Source: Thermoleophilia bacterium (GTDB taxonomy: Bacteria; Actinomycetota; Thermoleophilia; Gaiellales; F1-60-MAGs149). From it: a stretch of 64,000 bases of DNA. The position numbers and the translations under genes were made by a program. Location of the stretch: contig JBAXNN010000001.1 in NCBI GenBank assembly GCA_037133755.1, forward strand, positions 246,795 through 310,794, read 5' to 3'. The notes beneath the pieces were generated by a model, which was not told where the DNA came from, did not search any database, and saw nothing but the letters and a program-made list of their open reading frames with translations. Positions 57,266 to 64,000 of the stretch are shown in pieces; position 1 is the stretch's first letter; each line of letters starts with the position of its first letter.

Positions 57266-58600
57266 TCAGGCGGACGGCAGGCGCACGATTACGCGACAGC
57301 CGCCGGAGGGGGACTCCGTAATCTCCACCGTTCCCCCATGGGCGGCAATGTCCTGCCTGACGATCGCGAGCCCGAGGCCGGATCCAGGGCGATCCTGATG
57401 TCCCGTGCCGCGGCGGAAGCGCTCGAACATCGCCTCGCGCTGATCCGCCGGAATGCCCGTGCCGGCGTCGTCGACCACGACCTCGCCCGGCTTGACGCGC
57501 ACCGTGACCGGCGAGGCGCCGTGCAGAAGCCCGTTCTCGACGAGGTTGCCGATCGCCCGTTCGAGACGCTGGGGGTCGCCGACCATCGGCGCCTCCTGCG
57601 TATCGAGCTCGATCTCGGCCTCGGGACGGCGTGAGCGCGCCCGCGCCACGACGTCGGCTACGAGGTCATCGAGGCGGAGCGCCTCAGACTGTTCGACCGG
57701 TCGGGCGCCGCGCGCGAGGTCGACGATGCTCGTGATCATGCGAGAGACCTCATCGATCTCGCGATCGAGAGCCTGAGCGATCTGTCGACGGTCGTCGTCG
57801 GACAGGTCGGCAGTGGGGTCACCAAGCGTCTCGACGTCGGTCCGCAGAGCGGTCAGTGGCGTGCGCAACTCGTGCGCGGCGTCGGCGACCAGCTGATCCT
57901 GGGCGGCGCGTGACTCCTCGAGACCGGCCAGAAGCTGATTCACGGCGCCGGCCACTGCCACCGACTCGGAGCCGCCCTCCTCCGGGATGCGGCTCGAGAG
58001 GTCGCGGTCGTGCGCGGCGGCCTCGACGTTGCGTGCGAGGCGGCGGAACGGCACGAGGCCGCGGTCGGCGACGATCACGCCGAGCAGGATCGCGAGCAGC
58101 ATGCCGCCGGCCCCGGCCGCCAGGAGGATGTCTCGCAATTCGGACAGCGATCGCTGCACGTCTTCGACCGAGCGGCCGACCTGCAGCGCGAGCCCAGGCC
58201 GGAGCCCGACGGTGAGCGTACGAACGGGCGTGCGCTCAGCAGCGATGGTGTCGAAATGGCTGCCGCCATTCGCCGCAATCTCGGCAGCGTGGTCGGAAGG
58301 CGGCAGCGGCGTTTCACCGGTGGGCAGGCGGACGATGTCGCCCTGGGCGTTGATCAGCTCGGTGAAGATGCCCGGGCCACCAAAGCGCCCGTTGCTGTTG
58401 CCGCCAAACGTGTCGCGGTCCGGCTCGCCGTCAGGACTCAGCGCGGCGCGGGCCTCGCGGATCGCCGCCGTACGCAACTGGTCATCAACCTGGTTGTAGA
58501 GCGAGCGTGAGACGGCCTGGTACGTGACGACGCCGCCGATGCCGAAGGCGACGATCACAGCGAGCGCCGAGGCGAGCGCGATGCGGACGCGAAGGCTCAC
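57266..58600 (-). CDS. HAMP-domain sensor histidine kinase (MprB-like)
   Basis: Two TMs; DAAHELRTPL, NLVEN, DAGTG, FERF.RG, GSGLGL. Confidence 0.92.
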   Translation of the reverse strand: MSLRVRIALASALAVIVAFGIGGVVTYQAVSRSLYNQVDDQLRTAAIREARAALSPDGEPDRDTFGGNSNGRFGGPGIFTELINAQGDIVRLPTGETPLPPSDHAAEIAANGGSHFDTIAAERTPVRTLTVGLRPGLALQVGRSVEDVQRSLSELRDILLAAGAGGMLLAILLGVIVADRGLVPFRRLARNVEAAAHDRDLSSRIPEEGGSESVAVAGAVNQLLAGLEESRAAQDQLVADAAHELRTPLTALRTDVETLGDPTADLSDDDRRQIAQALDREIDEVSRMITSIVDLARGARPVEQSEALRLDDLVADVVARARSRRPEAEIELDTQEAPMVGDPQRLERAIGNLVENGLLHGASPVTVRVKPGEVVVDDAGTGIPADQREAMFERFRRGTGHQDRPGSGLGLAIVRQDIAAHGGTVEITESPSGGCRVIVRLPSA

Positions 58601-59277
58601 GCGGGGACTCGGAGGACGTATCCGACACCGCGGACCGTCTCCAGCACGCGCGGGCGCTCGTCGGCCTCGAGCTTGCGGCGGAGGTAGCCGACGTAGACCT
58701 CGACGCCATTCGACGAGGTCTGGGCATCCATGCCCCAGACGCGGTCGAGAATGACCTCGCGCGTGAGGACGCGTTCGGGGTTGCGCAGGAAGAGCTCGAG
58801 CAGCAGGCGCTCGGTGCGCGTCAGATCGATGGCCTCGCCGTCGCGGCTGACGGTGTGGGAGGCGAGGTCGAAACGGATGCCGGCGACGTCGAGGATCTCG
58901 TCCTGGACGCCAGGGTCGGCCAGCGAGCGGCGCGAGATCGCACGGAGGCGCGCGTCGAGCTCGACGGTGGCAAACGGCTTCACGAGGTAATCGTCGGCGC
59001 CCGCATCAAGCCCTTCGACGCGGTCGGCGACGGCATCGCGGGCGGTCAGCATCAGGATCGGGGTGCGCACGCCGTTCTCACGAAGCGTGCGGCACACGTC
59101 GAAGCCCGAGCCATCGGGCAGGTTCACGTCGAGGACGATCGCGTCGATCGCGTCGGTTGCACCCACGCGCCCCGCCGCAGCGGTCGCCGCCTCGACGATC
59201 TCGTGGCCGCGTGCCGTCAGGGCTCGGCGGATCGCGGAGCGGACGGCTTCGTTGTCTTCGACGATGAGGATGCGCAT
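58597..59277 (-). CDS. OmpR-family response regulator (MprA-like)
   Basis: VEDN, LDVNLP, LTARD, GADDYLVKPF, LTRTE, VEVYVGYLRRKLE, TVRGVGY. Confidence 0.93.
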   Translation of the reverse strand: MRILIVEDNEAVRSAIRRALTARGHEIVEAATAAAGRVGATDAIDAIVLDVNLPDGSGFDVCRTLRENGVRTPILMLTARDAVADRVEGLDAGADDYLVKPFATVELDARLRAISRRSLADPGVQDEILDVAGIRFDLASHTVSRDGEAIDLTRTERLLLELFLRNPERVLTREVILDRVWGMDAQTSSNGVEVYVGYLRRKLEADERPRVLETVRGVGYVLRVPA

Positions 59278-59332
59278 GGTGGTGAGCTGATCGGCTCCGC
59301 ACGAGTATGCCGTGCGGAGCCGATCCGTGTCA

Positions 59333-60358
59333 TCAGGCGTTGCTGTTCTCGAAGCTCTGGGGCTGGAACTGGCCGCTCTGGGAGCCGCCGCCCTGGCCCT
59401 GCTGGCCATCCATCGGCGGCGGGCCGTCAAAGCCGTGGTCGCCGTCCATGCCGCCGCCCATGCCGTGGTCGCCGTCCATGTCGGGGCCGTGGTGGCTGCC
59501 GGGACCGCCCATGCCCGGGCCGCCGATACCGATCGGCACACCGGCCTGCTGCAGGGCGGTGATCTGGTCGGCCTGCGCCTGCGTGATGGTGCCGTCCTTG
59601 ACGAGCTGGGTGAGCAGGCCGCTGTCCATCGCGGCGTGGATTGCCGTCTCGGCCTCGGCCGTCTTGTTGGCGGCAATCAGGTCGTTGATCGTCTTCGCCT
59701 GGTCTGCAGTGATGATGCCGGCTGCCTGAAGGCGCTGCACCTGCTCCTGCTGGTGCGCGGCGGACTCAACGTGCTGCGGCTGCTCCTGGCCGCCGGCGGC
59801 ACCCGGAGGCGGGACGCGCAGACCGACGGGGACGCCGGCCTTGACGAGTGCGGTGACCTGATCGGCCTGCTCCTGCGTGATCGTGCCCTTCTTGATCAGC
59901 GCATCGAGCTGCGTCGTCATCATCGCGGAGCGGAATTCCTTCATCGCGCCCTGCACGTCGCCGCTCGTGATCTTCGCCTTGATCGCCGCGGCCTGATCGG
60001 CGGTGATGACGCCGGACTGCTGCAGCTGGTCGAGACGCTGGCTCAGGCGGTCGCTCTTCATCGCCTTCAGCGCGCCGTCGACCTTCGACTGCGGGACGCC
60101 CAGCTTCTGCGCCAGGTCCTTCTCGAACTGCTCCTGCCGGTTGTCGCGGTCGTTTTCGTGGCCCTTGATCGTGTTGGCCACAACCGGCGCGGCGATCGCG
60201 CCGAGGCCGATCACGGCGGCAGCACCGCCGATGAGGGCGAGCTTCTGGTTGCGATTGAGGCGCTTGCGGCCGGTGGGTGCTGCGGCGTCGCTATCGACGG
60301 CCGGCTGCACTGCAGTGGGCTCCCAGGGCTCAGGGTTGTTGTTGCTGGTGTCAGTCAT
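59333..60358 (-). CDS. Membrane-anchored helical repeat protein with Gly/His/Met/Asp-rich tail
   Basis: TM; four GxITxxQA repeats; DGDHG repeats; GGAG RBS before ATG 60358. Confidence 0.7.
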   Translation of the reverse strand: MTDTSNNNPEPWEPTAVQPAVDSDAAAPTGRKRLNRNQKLALIGGAAAVIGLGAIAAPVVANTIKGHENDRDNRQEQFEKDLAQKLGVPQSKVDGALKAMKSDRLSQRLDQLQQSGVITADQAAAIKAKITSGDVQGAMKEFRSAMMTTQLDALIKKGTITQEQADQVTALVKAGVPVGLRVPPPGAAGGQEQPQHVESAAHQQEQVQRLQAAGIITADQAKTINDLIAANKTAEAETAIHAAMDSGLLTQLVKDGTITQAQADQITALQQAGVPIGIGGPGMGGPGSHHGPDMDGDHGMGGGMDGDHGFDGPPPMDGQQGQGGGSQSGQFQPQSFENSNA

Positions 60359-60465
60359 GAGAATGCTCCGTAGGTCGAACGTACCGTGCACTGACACTGT
60401 TGCGCGCGATGATGAATAGAACCTGAGAAGCGGCATCCGTGCTGCCGATTCGTCACACTATGGGC

Positions 60466-61662
60466 ATGCGCCGCGTGGTCATCACCGGTCTCGGGATCGT
60501 GTCCGGCTTCGGGAACGACGTCGACGGTTTCTGGGACGCGATCTTGGCGGGACGGAGTGCCGTACGCGAGCTGCAGCTGCCCGAGCTGCCCCCGCTTCCT
60601 GCCGTGACGGTCCCGGCGTTTGCTGCCGAGGACGTCGTCGGCCGTCGCGAGGTCAAGCGCATGGATCGCGTCGGCACGTTCGCTGCTGTCGCAGCCGCTG
60701 CCGCCCTTGCCGATGCGGGCGATCTCGGGCTCGATGGGACGCGTATCGGCGCGAGTATCGCCTGCGCCCACGGTGGCGCAGCCACCCTGATGGAGGCCCA
60801 CGACGCCTTTCGCGAGCGCGGCGCGGACCGCGTCAGCCCCTTCACGATTCCGCTGGCACTGTCGAACTCTCCGGTGGCGGCCGTCACGCGTCTCAACGGC
60901 CTGCACGGCCCCAGCTCCGCGCCGGCCACGGCATGCGCCGCTGCTTCTGATGCGATTGGCTGGGCCTACGAGCGCATTTGCCTTGGGCGTGCCGATGCGA
61001 TGGTCGCGGGCGGCGCTGAGGCCGCGGTGGTCCCGACGATCCTCGCGGGCTACCTCAAGCTCGGTGCGGTTGCCTCGCTTGCGCATGGTGCGGAGGGAGC
61101 TTCGCGTCCGTTCGACAGCGCGCGCGATGGCTTCGTGATGGCGGAGGGTGCCGGCGTCTTGGTGCTGGAGGAACTCGAGCATGCCCGGGCGCGTGGCGCG
61201 CGCATCTACGCCGAGGTGGTCGGCTACGGCCAGGCCTGCGATGCCGGCCATCTGACGAGCCCCGACGAGACCGGTACGGGTCCGGCGCGAGCGATCACGG
61301 CTGCGCTGGTCGACGCGGGCGTGGCACCGTCGGCCATCGGCTACATCAACGCCCACGCCACTTCCACACCGGTTGGCGATGCCGCCGAGGCGCTGGCGTT
61401 CGGGCTGGCCGGCGTCGGCGACGCACCGGTATCGTCGACCAAGGGCCAGCATGGCCACACGCTTGGCGCGGCGGGAGCGATCGAGGCGATCGCCACGCTG
61501 GCGTGCTTCGCGCGCAACCAGCTCCCGCCCAACGCCAATCTCGTCGAGCCGGATGTCGAGCTCAACCTCGTGTACGCCGCGCAGCCGACCACTGCCGAGC
61601 ACGTCATGTCGACGGGCTTCGGCTTCGGCGGCCACGACAGCGCGCTGATCTTCAGGCGCTAG
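60466..61662 (+). CDS. fabF: Beta-ketoacyl-ACP synthase II (FabF family), second paralog
   Basis: RRVVITGLG, TACAA, SRPFD..RDGF, NAHATST, K...GH, FGFGGH. Confidence 0.9.
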   Translation: MRRVVITGLGIVSGFGNDVDGFWDAILAGRSAVRELQLPELPPLPAVTVPAFAAEDVVGRREVKRMDRVGTFAAVAAAAALADAGDLGLDGTRIGASIACAHGGAATLMEAHDAFRERGADRVSPFTIPLALSNSPVAAVTRLNGLHGPSSAPATACAAASDAIGWAYERICLGRADAMVAGGAEAAVVPTILAGYLKLGAVASLAHGAEGASRPFDSARDGFVMAEGAGVLVLEELEHARARGARIYAEVVGYGQACDAGHLTSPDETGTGPARAITAALVDAGVAPSAIGYINAHATSTPVGDAAEALAFGLAGVGDAPVSSTKGQHGHTLGAAGAIEAIATLACFARNQLPPNANLVEPDVELNLVYAAQPTTAEHVMSTGFGFGGHDSALIFRR

Positions 61663-62213
61663 TAGCCGCGGTCGAGGTAGCGCACGGCGAGGCCGCCGAG
61701 GCCGACGAGCATCAGCAGGGCGGCGAGTCCGCCGAGCACGATCACGGGCAGCGGCACACTCGGCTGCGACGACGAGGTATCGACGACTGCTTGCGTCTGG
61801 ATCGGGCCGGTGCGCGGCTCGGCCGTAATGGTGGGCTCCACCGTCTCGGTCGGTAGGGGCGCGGTCGTCACGGGCAGCGTGTCGATCGGCGTCGTCGGCA
61901 CAACGTCGGCAGTCGTGTCGACCGGCGTCACGTCGGGCTGGTTGGCCTTCTCGTCGGCGGCCTTGTCACGCGCACGCGCCGCGCGGATGGCGCCCATGAT
62001 CCCCGAGTACATGCGGGCATCGGGATCGACCTGCTTGAGCGCGGAGGCGTAGCACGCCTGCGTGTGGTACTTGAGGTGCCCGCTGAAGAAGTACTCGTTG
62101 ATCAGCTGCTTGCCGCAATTGGCAGCGCCGGCCGACGGTACGGCAGCCAGCAATGCAGCCAGCAGGACTGCGACGATGGCAAGGCGGCGGAGGTGGGAAG
62201 CGCACTGCGACAC
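61659..62213 (-). CDS. Secreted, C-terminally membrane-anchored hypothetical protein
   Basis: Signal peptide, small two-Cys domain, Pro/Thr linker, C-terminal TM; start uncertain. Confidence 0.65.
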   Translation of the reverse strand: MSQCASHLRRLAIVAVLLAALLAAVPSAGAANCGKQLINEYFFSGHLKYHTQACYASALKQVDPDARMYSGIMGAIRAARARDKAADEKANQPDVTPVDTTADVVPTTPIDTLPVTTAPLPTETVEPTITAEPRTGPIQTQAVVDTSSSQPSVPLPVIVLGGLAALLMLVGLGGLAVRYLDRGY

Positions 62214-62253
62214 AGCACCTCACTCTAGACGCGCGGCGAAACACATGTGTGAC

Positions 62254-63999
62254 TCAGTGAGCCGGCACAGGCAGCGTGTCGAGCACCACGTGCACCGACA
62301 CGTCGTCGCCCGAGAGCTTGGCGGCCCACATCAGTGCCGAGCGCCCCGCGTTCTCGTCGCCCCAGGAAAACGCGAGATACGTGCCGTAGAGGAGCCAGGC
62401 CTCGTAGTTCTTCGGCTCGAGGCGAATTGCCTCCTCCAGTGCCGCGCGTGCGCCGGCGTGGTCGCCGAGCGCTTCGTACGCATCGGCTTCGGCCAGCAGC
62501 GGCGGAACGGACAGCGGGTTGTAGCGATGCGCGCTCGCGGCCTGCTGCAGCGCGGCGGTGGGGTTGTCAACGATGCGGTTCTGGCTCTCAACCGTCTGCC
62601 GCGCGCTTAGCCAGAACGGAATGGCGAAGAGCCCGGCGGTAACGAGGCCGACACAGAGCACGCCGCTGATCGCGCGCCACGGCAGAGTGATCCGCGTCTG
62701 CTGCTGGTCGGCCGGGGCGATGGCCGCGATCGCGGCGTAGACGATGATGCCCTCCGCGGCCAGGCTCCAGTCGACGTCGATGAACCCCTGCGTGAGGAAG
62801 CCGATCGCGGCCATCGCCATGACCGCAGCGCCGATCGCATCGTCCGGGCGCGGGCGGCGGATACCCGCCACGGCCATGACGACGAGGGCGATGCCGCCGA
62901 CGATGAAGGGGATGCCGCCGAGCAGGCCAACGCCGGCGAGCACCTCGAGGATCGTGTTGTGCGCCGAGTCGGTCACCTGGGTCGGGTTCTGCGTGATCTG
63001 CTCCAGCAGCCGGAACGTGCCGGCACCCCAGCCGTGCCACGGCTCCGCCTTGAAGCCATCCCACGCCGTCGCCCACCAATGGTCGCGGTAGTTCGAGCCG
63101 ATGCCGACGCGTACGCCGGCCTGCCCGACTGGACTGGTGAAGCCCGAGCGGATCGCATCGATCGTGCCGTGGATGCCGCCCGAGCGGATGATCACGGCGA
63201 GGACCATCACGACGACGCCAGCGGCGGCAATCAGGAGCGTGCGGCGGGTGGCGCGGCGCGGTGTTCCGTTCGGATCGTTGCCAGGCATTACGCGGTGGAA
63301 GACCGCGGCGATTGCGGCGCCGAGAACCGCGGCGATGATGGTGGACACGACGAGCTGCCACCCGGCCGGTTGCACGCTCTGCTCGGGCGCGGTGAAGGCG
63401 GTCCAGCGCGCCGCCTGAAAGCCGAGAGCGATCGCGGGGATGAGCGCGACGAGGCCGGCAAGGCGCATGCGGGGTGGCGTCGGCAGGACGAGCAGGAGGA
63501 TCACGATGCCGATCGCCGTCAGCCCGAGGCCCGAGCGGGACGAGGTGAGCACGAGTGCGAGGGCATTGACGGCGGCGACGGCGCCACCGACCGCGCGTAA
63601 CCGCGCATCGCGATGCGCCGCGAGCGCGAGGCCGCCAAAGACACCCGCCAACGCGAGCACCGCCAGGGCATTGGGCAGCGTCAGCGTGCCCGACAGACGC
63701 GGGCTCAGCTGGACACCTGTCGTCGCCGAGAAGGAACGCGCGATCAGTGCCCACGCGGAGGCGGTGGTGGCAACGGCCGTCAGGCCCGTTGCGAAGACCA
63801 CGCCGGGGCGCCGGAGTGCGGGGCCAAGAAGAAGTCCCAGCGCGAGCGCACCGAGATAGCCCGAGGCGAGAATCGCGGTCGAGACCGACTGCGACGCCGA
63901 CAGCGACCAGAAGCCCGACAGCGCGGCGACGATCGCGAACAGCGCAAGACCCGCGGCCGCGACGAGCGTGGCGCGGTTGGGCAGTGCGAATGGCCAGCG
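62254..63999 (-). CDS. O-antigen ligase/Wzy_C-family membrane protein with C-terminal TPR, 5'-truncated
   Basis: RLSG...PNA, TSSRSG, R..WW, GWGAGTF, AHN...E; TPR-like tail; frame open to the window end. Confidence 0.85.
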   Translation of the reverse strand, partial: RWPFALPNRATLVAAAGLALFAIVAALSGFWSLSASQSVSTAILASGYLGALALGLLLGPALRRPGVVFATGLTAVATTASAWALIARSFSATTGVQLSPRLSGTLTLPNALAVLALAGVFGGLALAAHRDARLRAVGGAVAAVNALALVLTSSRSGLGLTAIGIVILLLVLPTPPRMRLAGLVALIPAIALGFQAARWTAFTAPEQSVQPAGWQLVVSTIIAAVLGAAIAAVFHRVMPGNDPNGTPRRATRRTLLIAAAGVVVMVLAVIIRSGGIHGTIDAIRSGFTSPVGQAGVRVGIGSNYRDHWWATAWDGFKAEPWHGWGAGTFRLLEQITQNPTQVTDSAHNTILEVLAGVGLLGGIPFIVGGIALVVMAVAGIRRPRPDDAIGAAVMAMAAIGFLTQGFIDVDWSLAAEGIIVYAAIAAIAPADQQQTRITLPWRAISGVLCVGLVTAGLFAIPFWLSARQTVESQNRIVDNPTAALQQAASAHRYNPLSVPPLLAEADAYEALGDHAGARAALEEAIRLEPKNYEAWLLYGTYLAFSWGDENAGRSALMWAAKLSGDDVSVHVVLDTLPVPAH

Positions 64000-64000
64000 G

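Overview
High-GC window of a monoderm actinobacterial chromosome; gene content and style suggest Thermoleophilia (Gaiellales-like), which is an inference. About 60 densely packed CDS; I saw no rRNA, tRNA, CRISPR array, integrase or transposase. Main blocks: fabF paralogs near both ends; PBP1A, a degenerate LytM protein and ymdB; htrA; a suf Fe-S locus whose sufCBD and sufSU halves are separated by ~8 kb of accessory genes (YVTN/FN3 secreted protein, vapBC, a HisD paralog with altered metal-ligand residues, a double-subtilase protease); dcd followed by a candidate small RNA with its own promoter and terminator; an MviN-type pseudokinase convergent on a kinase-fhaA-fhaB-pstP-rodA-pbpA-pknB-ddl operon; HNH, GAF kinase, ANTAR regulator and clpS; a glycan cluster; a comA, NadB/SdhA-like flavoprotein, geranylgeranyl-reductase-like, ACT cluster; and an MprAB-like two-component system. 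Non-coding highlights are REP/REPIN-like palindrome clusters at ~1.0 kb and ~32.6 kb, and TAnnnT boxes 6-7 nt before many start codons (leaderless transcription). All family calls are by eye from motifs; no database searches were run.
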